Shown: one piece after another, positions 1 through 10,041 of the stretch
How positions within the stretch are numbered: position 1 is the first letter of the stretch
Layout of the letters: each line of letters opens with the position of its first letter
Assembly (NCBI GenBank): GCA_038245295.1
Contig: JBBRSP010000026.1
Span: 19,810-83,809 of the forward strand
Length of the DNA: 64,000 nucleotides
Origin: Candidatus Binatia bacterium
Lineage (GTDB): Bacteria; Desulfobacterota; Binatia; HRBIN30
Direction of reading: 5' to 3'
Program-made: the position numbers and the translations under genes
Notes under the pieces: generated by a model
Told to the model about the DNA's origin: nothing
The model's input: the letters and a program-made list of their open reading frames with translations, nothing else
Databases searched by the model: none

Positions 1-219
1 CTGGGTGACGCGCGCAACAACTACAACCTGGCGCACGAATGGGTCCTCAAGGAGGTCCAGCAGCGCGCCAAGCAGGTAATCTGGCTGAATCCGGAAAATC
101 GTCTGACGTGGGGCTTTGGCGACAGCGAGATGGATCGCTACCTTCCGTACTGTGATGTCGTTGAAGAGTGCCGCAATCTCAACCAACTGTATCGCGTCAT
201 CGATCACATGGTGCGCTGA
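1..219 (+). CDS. Partial CDS (3' end): CoxE-like VWA-domain protein
   Basis: Frame 1 is open from base 1 and reads LGDARNNY...VIWLNPE...WGFGDSEM..Y.PYCD.V.ECRNL.QL, typical of the CoxE/VWA C-terminus; TGA at 217-219. Confidence 0.8.
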   Translation: MGDARNNYNLAHEWVLKEVQQRAKQVIWLNPENRLTWGFGDSEMDRYLPYCDVVEECRNLNQLYRVIDHMVR

Positions 220-293
220 GTTGGCTCAAGCTGGCGCAAGCTGGGTTGACGCCTCATGGCTATTCTGGGCACAATGCCGCGAAGGACGAGCCT

Positions 294-809
294 ATGAGTC
301 GTGAGAACGCCCTCAAGATGACAGTGAGTGGACTCACCTTGGATCCGGTCACCAAGACACCGATTGTGATCCTCAAGGACCCTGACAACCGACTCAATCT
401 GCCGATCTGGATCGGGCTCCTCGAAGCAACGGCGATGGCCACCGAGCTCGAGGGCATCAAGATGGCCCGTCCGATGACGCACGATTTGTTGCGTAATGTG
501 CTCGACGAGATGGGTGCTACCGTCGAATGCATCGAAATCACCGATCTGCGTGACAACACCTATTTCGCCCTGATCTATTTGCTGGTGAACGGCGAGCAAC
601 GGACCCTCGATGCGCGGCCGAGCGATGCAATTTCGCTGGCGTTGCGCACCAAGAGCCCGATCTACGTCGACAAACGCGTGATCGAGAGCTCGAGTATCGT
701 GCCGCAGGACGAAGCGGGGGCAGCTGGCAATTTGTCGAACGTCTCGCGCGATAAGTGGTCGGAGATCCTCGACAAGATGTCGCCAGACGACTTCAAGTAC
801 AAGATGTAA
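294..809 (+). CDS. Bifunctional nuclease family protein (DUF151/BFN)
   Basis: PIVIL..., LPIWIG..EA.A.A, RPMTHDLL, DARPSDAI.LALR motifs; start moved to ATG 294 downstream of an AAGGA RBS-like sequence. Confidence 0.9.
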   Translation: MSRENALKMTVSGLTLDPVTKTPIVILKDPDNRLNLPIWIGLLEATAMATELEGIKMARPMTHDLLRNVLDEMGATVECIEITDLRDNTYFALIYLLVNGEQRTLDARPSDAISLALRTKSPIYVDKRVIESSSIVPQDEAGAAGNLSNVSRDKWSEILDKMSPDDFKYKM

Positions 810-862
810 CCAAAACGGTGCGCCCGAACGGTGCGCCGCCAATCATTCTAAGGGGAGTATTC

Positions 863-1519
863 ATGTCGAGTGAGCATGCGCGTCAGCGCGAATTGAAGGC
901 GCCGGACGAATTCACGGTTGTGGGCAATTCGGCAATCGACTGGGCGCGGAACAACTCCCGCTTGTTGATGCAGATCGGCCTCGCGGCGCTGGCGGTCGTG
1001 GTTGGCATCGGATTGTTCCTAAATAGCCGGGTAACGCGGAACCGCGAGGCCAATTTCGATCTGGCGCAGGGGCTCAAGGAGCTCGGCGACGGTCATTATA
1101 AGGAGGCAGCGACGCGCCTGAGTGACGTCGCCATGCGTTGGGACTCGACCTCGGCCGGTACCTTGGCCGGGCTGTTCGCGGCGCAAGCGCAGCTGCGCAA
1201 CAACGAACCGGCTGCGGCCATACCGGCGCTACAGACGGCGGCGCAGCGTGCCGATCTACCGCCGTACCTCAAACAGCAAGCGGTCTACGGATTGGCGCAG
1301 GCCCAGGAGCGCAGCGGCGATCTCAACGGCGCGGCGGGCCACTTTGCGGAGGCCGCGGCAATGTCGGGGCCCTACACATCGCTGGCCGTGTTCGCCGAGG
1401 CGCGCACGCGAGAGAAGTTGGGCGACGCGGCAGCGGCAAAGAAGTTGTACGAGCGCGTCGTCAACGAGTTCTCCACGTCGCCGGACGTCGAGATCGCGCG
1501 CGTCAAGATAAGCGCCTGA
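863..1519 (+). CDS. Membrane-anchored TPR protein (YfgM-like ancillary SecYEG subunit)
   Basis: RELK.PDEF N-terminus, one TM helix, then TPR-like helices; GGGGAG RBS before ATG 863. Confidence 0.75.
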   Translation: MSSEHARQRELKAPDEFTVVGNSAIDWARNNSRLLMQIGLAALAVVVGIGLFLNSRVTRNREANFDLAQGLKELGDGHYKEAATRLSDVAMRWDSTSAGTLAGLFAAQAQLRNNEPAAAIPALQTAAQRADLPPYLKQQAVYGLAQAQERSGDLNGAAGHFAEAAAMSGPYTSLAVFAEARTREKLGDAAAAKKLYERVVNEFSTSPDVEIARVKISA

Positions 1520-1627
1520 AAAAGCGCGGGAAGAAGAACGCAGCGAAGGCCCGGTCACCCCTAAGCCTTGCACCCCATAACATATCTTATCGGACGTTTT
1601 GGAGATTAGTCGCCGCTGGCCACCAAC

Positions 1628-3475
1628 ATGCCGCCGAGTCGCCTCGGAGCTGAAGACCTCGGGGAGTTCAACCACTGGCTGTGGCTGACACGGGTGCGCG
1701 CGCTCATTGTGGTCACCGTCGTTCTCGGCGTACAGCAAGTCGTTTCCGAGTTCTTCCATCTGCAAGCCGCCGCCGCGTCGGCCACAGCGCGTGGCGATGC
1801 ACAATTGATCCTGGGGATTGTCGGTCTCGATCTCGCCGCGTCCCTGGGATACCACCGCTGGTGGCAACGCGGTTGGCGCCCACGCCTGCTCCTATATGTT
1901 CAGTTGGCCAACGATACGCTGGCCATCGGCATGGGTCTCTGCCTACTCACCGTCCCCCTCCCGCCCCTCTTCCATTTGATCCTGCTGCTGCCGCTGATTC
2001 CGGCGAGCCTCATCGAGTGGCAATGCGGCATGTTCATCGCTTCGCTTGGCTCGGCCTTACACGTGCTGACGCTGAGCCACCACGGTATGCCGCTGCTCAC
2101 CGTCGACGGCCTGCTACCGCCGATCGGTCTTTTCCTGATAGCGCAGCAATCGGCTTTCTACTCGGAGCATCTGGCGCGCAAAAACGCGGCCCTCGCACAA
2201 GCCGCTGCATCCCTCAAGATGTCGAAGGAGCGCCTCGAAGAGGAAGTCGCGGTATCGAGCGCCCTGGTGCAGACCGCACGTGCCCTGACGACATCCCTCG
2301 ATCCGTACGAGATTCTCCAGCGCTTCAATGAGGTCCTGCGCGACAACCTCGGCTGTGATTTTAGCGTCACCCTGTTGCACGACGCTAATCGTGACGCGTT
2401 CCGCATCGCCGCCGGCGCCGGACAACATCCCGACGTGCTCGAGGCGCTCCGGCATCAGGAGTTCAAGCGTTCTGATTTCCCGCTCTTGACTGCCGTCAGC
2501 GAACACGAAGTGGCGACGGTGGAAGACAACCGCACCAGCTTGATTCCGTCCGAATTGTTGCGGACCTGGCGGATCGGGTCGTTCTTGTGCATCGACCTCC
2601 GCCGCGCCGGCCATTCCGTTGGGCTCCTGGTTGCTGGGTTCAACGAACGCCAGGGACCGTTTGCCGAGCGCGAGGTGCGTCTCCTTCGTGCCAGCGCCCA
2701 GCAGGCTGCTGTGGCCCTGGAGAATGCCAGACTCGTGGAAAGCCTCCGCGCTGCCAGCCGGCTGAAGTCTGAATTCATCGGCACGATGTCGCATGAGCTC
2801 CGTTCGCCGCTCAACGTGGTCATCGGCTATGTCGACTTGATTCTCGAAGGCGATATGGGAGCCATTAACGCCGTGCAGACGGAGGCGCTGCAGAAAGTCC
2901 AGCAGAACGCACTGCAGCTCCTCGATCTGATCCAGGAAACGCTCGACGTGAACCGTCTCGAAGCGGGCATGCTGCCGTTGGATTTCGAGACGTTTACGCT
3001 GGCGGACTTCATGGCGGAGCTACGCGGCGGGATCCCGGCGACGTGGACCAAGCCGGCGGTCCAGCTAGTGTGGCAAGTGCCCAACGGCGTCGCGGTACTT
3101 CATTCCGATCGCGCCAAACTGCGCAAGGTCCTGCGCAACCTGATTCATAATGCCATCAAGTTCACCGAGACCGGCGCGGTGACGATCTCCGCGATAGACG
3201 GCAGCGATTGGGTCGAGTTCGTGGTCGCCGACACCGGAATCGGCATCAGCGACGACATCGTCCCGATCATCTTCGAGATGTTCCGCCAGGGGGATGGTTC
3301 GACGACACGCCGTCATGGGGGAGTCGGTCTGGGCCTCTACATTGTAAAGCAGTTGGTGCGCGGCCTCGGTGGCGATATCAACGTCGCGAGCACGCCGGGC
3401 AGCGGGTCGACATTCCGGATTCGACTCGGTCGCGGAACCATGGCTCACAGCCAGACCGACGCTGTGGCAATCTGA
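1628..3475 (+). CDS. Membrane sensor histidine kinase with GAF domain
   Basis: N-terminal TM helices, GAF-like segment, H-box MSHELRSPL, N-box NLIHNAIKFT, G-boxes DTGIGI and GVGLGL. Confidence 0.92.
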   Translation: MPPSRLGAEDLGEFNHWLWLTRVRALIVVTVVLGVQQVVSEFFHLQAAAASATARGDAQLILGIVGLDLAASLGYHRWWQRGWRPRLLLYVQLANDTLAIGMGLCLLTVPLPPLFHLILLLPLIPASLIEWQCGMFIASLGSALHVLTLSHHGMPLLTVDGLLPPIGLFLIAQQSAFYSEHLARKNAALAQAAASLKMSKERLEEEVAVSSALVQTARALTTSLDPYEILQRFNEVLRDNLGCDFSVTLLHDANRDAFRIAAGAGQHPDVLEALRHQEFKRSDFPLLTAVSEHEVATVEDNRTSLIPSELLRTWRIGSFLCIDLRRAGHSVGLLVAGFNERQGPFAEREVRLLRASAQQAAVALENARLVESLRAASRLKSEFIGTMSHELRSPLNVVIGYVDLILEGDMGAINAVQTEALQKVQQNALQLLDLIQETLDVNRLEAGMLPLDFETFTLADFMAELRGGIPATWTKPAVQLVWQVPNGVAVLHSDRAKLRKVLRNLIHNAIKFTETGAVTISAIDGSDWVEFVVADTGIGISDDIVPIIFEMFRQGDGSTTRRHGGVGLGLYIVKQLVRGLGGDINVASTPGSGSTFRIRLGRGTMAHSQTDAVAI

Positions 3476-3484
3476 GCGGCCTAC

Positions 3485-4345
3485 CTAGGATGCCTGACGG
3501 TCGAATTGGGCCTGCAGGCGCCACTCGGCCGCATAGAGGGCGGTGCGCATGCCGACGCGCATCAGCAAGACGCCTTCGGCCAGCAGCAACGACAGAGCAC
3601 TCCCTGCACTCGATGTTGTTGGCAGGTACACACTCGCCTGGACCTGGCAAAACGACAAAAGCAGGCCAAAGGCTAAGAACAGCGCCAGCAGGGTGGCCGC
3701 TCGTGCGCCCTGACGCCGCAGGAAATGCAGCGCCCAACGGAACGAGGCGGCGGCGCCGCGTTCGCTATGAAGGACCGACAGCCGCGCATGATCGTGGACT
3801 AACATTAATATCGACACCACTACCAGCGTTGCACCGCCGGCAGTGATCCAGATCCCGAGCACGGCAAACTCTCCTGCCCCGTCGCCCAGGTGATGTTTCG
3901 TCCATCGAGCAATCACCAACGCCGCCGCCACAGTCACCGCCTGAGCCAGCCACACACCCGCCGCCAAACCAATCAACCGCGGGAGCGCCCGAAGCGCCGC
4001 GCGCGCATGCGGGCGTACCAGCCCATCGTGTTGCGCGACGGCCGAGGCAATCAACCCGTTTGCCCAGATCGACAGCACCAAGCCCATTCCTGCCAGCACG
4101 ACCAGTTCGCGTACCCCAGCCATGACACGCGCCGATTGATTTGCGAGGAGGTCGAGCCATACCTGTGGGTCGGCGTCGACCAGCAAGCTTCGCGTCGCCA
4201 ACGCATCGTCGAGAGCCGCGCCAAACCACATCCATAAGAAGGCCAGGCAGACCAGCCCGAGCGTCGCGTTGAAGGCGAAGCAGCCAAGCACCAATGGCCG
4301 CGAATGCAACGCGAAGCGCCAACCGTACCGAAATGCCCCGCGCAT
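3485..4345 (-). CDS. Multi-pass membrane protein, hypothetical, co-oriented with the M1 peptidase
   Basis: About 6 hydrophobic segments; ATG at 4345 lies 5 bp after the peptidase stop. Confidence 0.7.
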   Translation of the reverse strand: MRGAFRYGWRFALHSRPLVLGCFAFNATLGLVCLAFLWMWFGAALDDALATRSLLVDADPQVWLDLLANQSARVMAGVRELVVLAGMGLVLSIWANGLIASAVAQHDGLVRPHARAALRALPRLIGLAAGVWLAQAVTVAAALVIARWTKHHLGDGAGEFAVLGIWITAGGATLVVVSILMLVHDHARLSVLHSERGAAASFRWALHFLRRQGARAATLLALFLAFGLLLSFCQVQASVYLPTTSSAGSALSLLLAEGVLLMRVGMRTALYAAEWRLQAQFDRQAS

Positions 4346-4350
4346 GGAGT

Positions 4351-6324
4351 TTAGAGCCCACCCAGGAAGTGCAGGACAGTCTGAAACCAGAGCGCCCCGC
4401 GGCCGCTGACGCGGATGATGCCGCGCGTCCCAGCCTCCCGCATGCGTGAATTGTTGAGCCAATTGATGTCCGTCATCAAGACATGCGACGGATCCACCAC
4501 CGCCCACTCGACCCGTTGGGAGCCCGAGTATTCGAAACGCCGCCAGCGTTCCTGGCCGTCCCAGTGCTCGTGCGTCGTCGTTCCGTCTTCGAAAGTCACT
4601 TCCACGTCTACGGGCAAGCGAACGTCTCCGAGTCGCTCGATGACGACTTCGCTGGCATAACGCTTCTCAGCGTCAGGGGCCGCCGCCGTCAACGGTTCCA
4701 CCACGCCGTTCGCCCCGATGCCGCGCCCGGCAAATGACGGCTCTTGATGCGAGTCGACGCGGGTGACCGCAAAATCGACCGTGCCACTGCCCTGAATCAG
4801 TTGGTCGATCCACGGGCTGAGATCCTTGCCTCCCGCCCGGTTCAGGTGTGCCAATAAGTTCTGCCGTGTCGGGTGCCGGAAGCGCCAGGTGTTCGCATAT
4901 TCCGCGAGCGTGGTGCGTAACACATCCGGCCCGACGACGCGGGCAAGTGTCTCCAACACCAATGCGGTTTTCGCGTAGGAGACGGCTGCGTAGCTTTGGC
5001 GATCGATGAACTGCCAGCCCATGCGCACCATCGGATCGCGACTCGCGGACTGCAAAAATAAGGCACGACGAAACAGCAATCGATCGAAGCGCAACCCGAA
5101 GAAATCAGCATAACTGCCCGGTCCGTAGGTCTCGTCCATGATCAGGCCTTCGACGTATGAGTTTATCCCCTCGTCGAGCCACGCCTCTTCAAACTCATTG
5201 TTGGCAACCAATCCGTACCAATACTGGTGTCCGAACTCGTGAACCGTCACGTATTCCGGGAGCCGTATCCGCGCCGGCATCGCCCAACTCGTTCCCGCGG
5301 TGATCAGCGTTGGATATTCCATTCCCCCCGCTTCGCGGCCATCGTATGGCGGATCGATGATCGTCAACTGGGCGTAGGGGTACTCCCCAAACCATTTTTC
5401 ATAGTATCGCAGCGCTGCCGAGGCGGCATGTAGGTAGCGATCGCGTTGGCGGACATGTGCCGGTTGCACCAGCAGGCGGATGCGGGTCGAGCCGACGTTG
5501 TGATCGACCGTGACGAAGCGCGGATCAATCGCCCAGGCAAAGTCGTGGACCGGCTCAGCGCGAAAAGTAAGTGTCTTTGTACCGTCCCCGTTGACCTTCT
5601 CGTCGGTCAACGAGCCGGTTGCACCGACGACGCCTTCGCTAGGAACCGTGAGGCGCACATCATAACGTCCAAAATCGGAGAAAAATTCCGTGGTCGAATG
5701 ATATTGGTGGCAGTTCCAACCGGGACCGTCGAAGACAGCCAACTTCGGGAACCACTGCCCCATCATGGTGAATGGCCCGACGTGCCCTGCCCTCGCCTGG
5801 ACGCGCGGGACATGCCCGGTAAAGCCGATATCGAGGGAAACGCTCTCACCCGGTTCGATGGGTCGCGGCAGGCGAACCTCGACTACAGTTCGGTCATCGA
5901 CATTGTTGTCGTCGGGATGCAGAAAGCGCAGGGAATCAATGATCGATACTTCACCGACCGCGATACTTTCGATGGCCATCGAGCCCCACGCGTCGGCGTG
6001 CTCTTGGTCTTCCTGCCAATCGTCGGTTGTCCGGTGAGTCTCACGAAAGAAGGTCGATCGGGTGTTAGCGAAGGCGTTCCAATAGAGGTGCAAACAAGCG
6101 GTCGTCGCCTGCACCGGCGTACCGTTCGTCCACGTGATGCGCTCGGTTCCACGAATCGTCTGCGCCGACTGATCGTAGCGTGCTTCGATTCCGTAGTCGG
6201 CGGTGGATTCAAGGGCCATCGCACGGGCGCCGGCGAGTGCGACGACGAACACGGCGGTCGAAACCGCTATCAGCGGATGCCCCGGCTTGCGTCGAAAAGC
6301 ACCCATCGCCACTTGCCGGCTCAA
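4351..6324 (-). CDS. M1-family zinc aminopeptidase, exported
   Basis: GGMEYP exopeptidase motif, HEFGH followed by AWLDEG zinc motif, signal peptide. Start is 6324 (TTG) or 6306 (ATG). Confidence 0.9.
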   Translation of the reverse strand: MSRQVAMGAFRRKPGHPLIAVSTAVFVVALAGARAMALESTADYGIEARYDQSAQTIRGTERITWTNGTPVQATTACLHLYWNAFANTRSTFFRETHRTTDDWQEDQEHADAWGSMAIESIAVGEVSIIDSLRFLHPDDNNVDDRTVVEVRLPRPIEPGESVSLDIGFTGHVPRVQARAGHVGPFTMMGQWFPKLAVFDGPGWNCHQYHSTTEFFSDFGRYDVRLTVPSEGVVGATGSLTDEKVNGDGTKTLTFRAEPVHDFAWAIDPRFVTVDHNVGSTRIRLLVQPAHVRQRDRYLHAASAALRYYEKWFGEYPYAQLTIIDPPYDGREAGGMEYPTLITAGTSWAMPARIRLPEYVTVHEFGHQYWYGLVANNEFEEAWLDEGINSYVEGLIMDETYGPGSYADFFGLRFDRLLFRRALFLQSASRDPMVRMGWQFIDRQSYAAVSYAKTALVLETLARVVGPDVLRTTLAEYANTWRFRHPTRQNLLAHLNRAGGKDLSPWIDQLIQGSGTVDFAVTRVDSHQEPSFAGRGIGANGVVEPLTAAAPDAEKRYASEVVIERLGDVRLPVDVEVTFEDGTTTHEHWDGQERWRRFEYSGSQRVEWAVVDPSHVLMTDINWLNNSRMREAGTRGIIRVSGRGALWFQTVLHFLGGL

Positions 6325-7763
6325 ACGTCTAGCTTGGCCCGCAGAAGCTCGTTTACTTTCTGCGGATTAGCTTTTCCTTGTGTTGCCTTCATAACGAGGC
6401 CGACGAAGAAGCCGAACGACTTGCTGTTGCCGCCGCGGTAATCGGCCACCTTCGCTTCATTGGCGGCGATCACCTGTTCGATGGCTGCCAGAATTGGACC
6501 TTCGTCCGAAATCTGCTTGAGGCCGCTAGCGGCGACGATAGCCTCCGCCGACTTGCCCGATTCCACCATCGTCTCGAAGACGCCCTTGGCAATCTTGCCG
6601 CTGATTTCGGCGCTGTCGATCAACGCGACCAAGCCGGCAAGATGTGCTGCCGTCACGGGCCACTCGTGAATCACCTGTGCATCGTCAAGTCGGCGCTCGC
6701 GAATCACGCGCTGCAGATCGCCCATTACCCAGTTGCTGATCCCCTTGGGGTTCGCGTGGGCTTGCACGGCCGCCTCATAGTAGTCGGCAACGTCCTTGCG
6801 GGCGGTCAGAACCTCGGCATCGTACTCGGGCAAACTGTACTGCGTCACGAAGCGGGCCCGCCGCGCGTCAGGCAACTCAGGGAGTGTGGCGCGCACTGAC
6901 TCAACCCACGCCGCGTCGACACGCACCGGGAGAAGGTCGGGCTCCGGAAAATATCGATAGTCGTCCGCCTGTTCCTTGCTCCGCATGGAGCGGGTGACGG
7001 CGCGATCCGGGTCCCACAAACGCGTCTCCTGGACGAGTTTGCCGCCTTCCCCAAGCACGCTGCGCTGCCGTGCCAGCTCATGGTCGATGGCGCGTTCGAC
7101 GTTGCGGAACGAGTTCATATTCTTGATCTCGACCTTGGTGCCCAGCTTGGTTTCACCGACCGGGCGAATCGACACGTTGGCGTCGCAACGGAAGCTGCCC
7201 TCCTCCATGTTGCCGTCGCAGATCTCCAGGTATTGCAGGATGGCGCGCAACTTCCGTAGGTAGGCGCCGGCTTCCTCGGCAGCCGTCATGTCGGGCTCGC
7301 TAACGATCTCGAGCAACGGCACGCCGCAACGATTGAAGTCTACGAGGCTGGCGTCGCTGTGTGCATCGTGGATGTTCTTGCCCGTGTCCTCTTCCATGTG
7401 AATGCGCGTCAGACGCACGCGCTTCGGACCCGCCTCGGTGCGGATATCGATGAAGCCGGCCAGGCAGATCGGCAGCTCGTACTGGCTCACCTGATAGCCC
7501 TTCGGCAGATCGGGATAGAAGTAGTTCTTGCGGGCCCAACGGCTCTCCGGCGCAATGCTGCAGCCGGTGGCCAGGCCAGCGCGGATCGCGAATTCAACGA
7601 CGCGTCGGTTCAATACCGGCAGAGCACCCGGGAGCCCGAGGCACACCGGGCACGTGTTTTCATTCGGTGCAGAGCCGAATTTTGCCGAGCAGCCACAGAA
7701 GACTTTCGATTTCGTCTGCAACTCGGCGTGGACCTCGAGTCCGATGACCGCTTCGTACTCCAT
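6321..7763 (-). CDS. gatB: Asp-tRNA(Asn)/Glu-tRNA(Gln) amidotransferase subunit B
   Basis: YEAVIGLEVH, KNYFYPDLPKGYQ, GNMEEGSFRCDAN, DYRYFPEPDL. Confidence 0.98.
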   Translation of the reverse strand: MEYEAVIGLEVHAELQTKSKVFCGCSAKFGSAPNENTCPVCLGLPGALPVLNRRVVEFAIRAGLATGCSIAPESRWARKNYFYPDLPKGYQVSQYELPICLAGFIDIRTEAGPKRVRLTRIHMEEDTGKNIHDAHSDASLVDFNRCGVPLLEIVSEPDMTAAEEAGAYLRKLRAILQYLEICDGNMEEGSFRCDANVSIRPVGETKLGTKVEIKNMNSFRNVERAIDHELARQRSVLGEGGKLVQETRLWDPDRAVTRSMRSKEQADDYRYFPEPDLLPVRVDAAWVESVRATLPELPDARRARFVTQYSLPEYDAEVLTARKDVADYYEAAVQAHANPKGISNWVMGDLQRVIRERRLDDAQVIHEWPVTAAHLAGLVALIDSAEISGKIAKGVFETMVESGKSAEAIVAASGLKQISDEGPILAAIEQVIAANEAKVADYRGGNSKSFGFFVGLVMKATQGKANPQKVNELLRAKLDV

Positions 7764-7764
7764 C

Positions 7765-9231
7765 TCAACGCTCCGCAATCCGCTCGTGCCAGGCCGTTGC
7801 TTGTTCGTAGCCGTAGGCAACGTCGAGCACACGCTGCTCTTCAAGCGCCCGCCCAATGATCTGCAGCCCGATCGGCATGCCCGCGGAATCGAAGCCGCAC
7901 GGCAGCGACACACCGGGCAGACCCGCCAGATTCACCGAGATGGTGAAGATGTCCGACAGGTACATCTGCAACGGGTCGTCCACTTTCTCGCCCAACCGGA
8001 ACGCCGTCGTCGGCGCCGTCGGTGTCACCAGCACATCCACGGACTCGAAGGCGCGGTCAAAGTCGCGCCGAATCAGCGTGCGTACTTTCTGGCCTTTCGA
8101 GTAATACGCATCGTAGTAGCCGGCCGATAGGGCGTACGTTCCCAACATGATTCGACGCTTCACCTCGGGTCCGAAACCGACCTCGCGGGTTTGTCGGTAC
8201 ATGGCGAGGAGGCCCTTATCTTCGGCGACACGCAGGCCGTATTTGATGCCGTCGTAACGCGCCAGGTTCGAACTCGCCTCGGCCGTCGCCACCATGTAGT
8301 AGGTCGGCACGGCGTACTCGGTGTGCGGCAGCGAGACATCGACAATCTGCGCACCCATCGAGCGGAACTGCTCGATGGCTGCCCGGACCGCCGTTTCCAC
8401 CTCCGGCTGGATTCCTTCGACGAAGAATTCGCGCGGGATGCCGATCCGCAATCCTTTGATATCGCCGCGCAGGGCCGCGGCGTAGTCGGGAACCGGAACG
8501 GGTATCGAGGTCGAATCAAAGCCGTCCTTGCCCGCGATCGCCTGCAGCATGTAAGCGCAGCCCTTCACCGTGCGCGCAAACGGACCGACCTGGTCGAGCG
8601 ACGACGCGTAGGCGATGACCCCGTAGCGACTGACGCGACCATACGTCGGCTTCAAGCCGACGACGCCACAACACGCCGCCGGTTGGCGAATGGAACCACC
8701 GGTATCGGTGCCGAGTGTGGCGAAACACTGCAGCGCCGCCACCGCCGCCGCCGAGCCACCGGAGGACCCGCCCGGAACGCGTTCGATATCCCACGGATTG
8801 CGGGTCACGCCGAAGGCCGAGTTCTCCGTCGACGACCCCATGGCGAACTCATCACAGTTGAGCTTTCCCAGGATGACCGCCCCGGCGGCGCGCAGACGCG
8901 CCGTCACCGTCGCATCATACGGCGCGATGAACGTCTCGAGAATCTTCGAGCCGGCCGTGGCGCGAACCCCGGCGGACAGGATCATATCTTTGAGGGCCAC
9001 CGGCACACCGAGAAGCGCCCCGCCTTCCCCTTTGGCGCGCCTTGCGTCGGCGTCACGCGCCTGCTCGAGGGCCAGCTCCGGCGTCACCGTCAAGAAGGCG
9101 TGGATCGCACCATCCGTCTGGTCGATGCGGGCGAGCGCGGCGCGAGTGACTTCTTCACTCGACACGTCGCGCTTCGCGAGGCGATCCGCCAAAGCATCGA
9201 TGGACAACGACAAGAGGGTTTGCGACGACAT
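7765..9231 (-). CDS. gatA: Amidotransferase subunit A
   Basis: Amidase signature [35 protein letters not shown]; lies between gatC and gatB. Confidence 0.98.
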   Translation of the reverse strand: MSSQTLLSLSIDALADRLAKRDVSSEEVTRAALARIDQTDGAIHAFLTVTPELALEQARDADARRAKGEGGALLGVPVALKDMILSAGVRATAGSKILETFIAPYDATVTARLRAAGAVILGKLNCDEFAMGSSTENSAFGVTRNPWDIERVPGGSSGGSAAAVAALQCFATLGTDTGGSIRQPAACCGVVGLKPTYGRVSRYGVIAYASSLDQVGPFARTVKGCAYMLQAIAGKDGFDSTSIPVPVPDYAAALRGDIKGLRIGIPREFFVEGIQPEVETAVRAAIEQFRSMGAQIVDVSLPHTEYAVPTYYMVATAEASSNLARYDGIKYGLRVAEDKGLLAMYRQTREVGFGPEVKRRIMLGTYALSAGYYDAYYSKGQKVRTLIRRDFDRAFESVDVLVTPTAPTTAFRLGEKVDDPLQMYLSDIFTISVNLAGLPGVSLPCGFDSAGMPIGLQIIGRALEEQRVLDVAYGYEQATAWHERIAER

Positions 9232-9255
9232 AAGCTTACCGAACGAGAACGCGCC

Positions 9256-9543
9256 TCACTCGATGATCTTCGGCACTTTGAACAGGTTACCGTCGCGCGC
9301 CGGAGCGTTGGCGCGGTAGGCTTCGGGAGCCAACGGGTTGGTTACGACATCGTCGCGATAGGCATCGCGCAAGTCGACCGCGTGTGATGTGGGTTCAACT
9401 CCCGTAGTGTCGACCGCCGCCAGACGTTCGAAGTGATTCAGCACAGACCCAAGTTGTTCGGCAATCTGCTCTTCTTCTTTCGGGCTCAGATCCAAGCGAG
9501 CGAGCAGTGCCACACGATGAACCGTGGCGCGGTCGAGAGACAT
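9256..9543 (-). CDS. gatC: Amidotransferase subunit C
   Basis: VALLARL, VDTTGVEPT, NAP....FKVPKIIE. Confidence 0.96.
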   Translation of the reverse strand: MSLDRATVHRVALLARLDLSPKEEEQIAEQLGSVLNHFERLAAVDTTGVEPTSHAVDLRDAYRDDVVTNPLAPEAYRANAPARDGNLFKVPKIIE

Positions 9544-9618
9544 GGGGCGCGACTAACACAGCGCATATATGCCTTCAACCGATTGCCACGCTCGTCGCGA
9601 CGCGGCAGCCTGGTCGCC

Positions 9619-9981
9619 ATGGCCACGACACGCGAGATCGGGATGACCGGCGAGGCGGTTGCCGCCGCCTTCCTGCGGGCCCAACGTTACGTGATTCTGG
9701 AACAGAACTATCGCTGTCCGACGGGCGAGATCGATTTGATCGCTCTGCACGAGCACACCCTGGTGTTCATCGAGGTAAAAGCGCGTCACGGGGATGACCA
9801 CGGCTCGCCTCTGGCGGCCGTCGACCGCCACAAACAACGGCGGATCCAGCGTGCCGCTCTCTATTACATGAGCCGTAAGCGGCTGACCGAGCGCAACGCC
9901 CGATTCGACGTCGTCGGTGTTTCGTGGGAGGCCGGCAAACCTCGCTGCGAGCTTGTTCGCGACGCCTTCGAAGTGAGCTGA
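9619..9981 (+). CDS. YraN/UPF0102 family nuclease-like protein
   Basis: G..GE..A..FL, NYRC..GEIDLIA, LVFIEVKAR, RFDVV. Confidence 0.93.
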   Translation: MATTREIGMTGEAVAAAFLRAQRYVILEQNYRCPTGEIDLIALHEHTLVFIEVKARHGDDHGSPLAAVDRHKQRRIQRAALYYMSRKRLTERNARFDVVGVSWEAGKPRCELVRDAFEVS

Positions 9982-10041
9982 CGGCTCTGCGTCGCCGTCC
10001 ACCAACTTGAGGCCAGAAAATGCCAATGCTAACGCCGCCGC

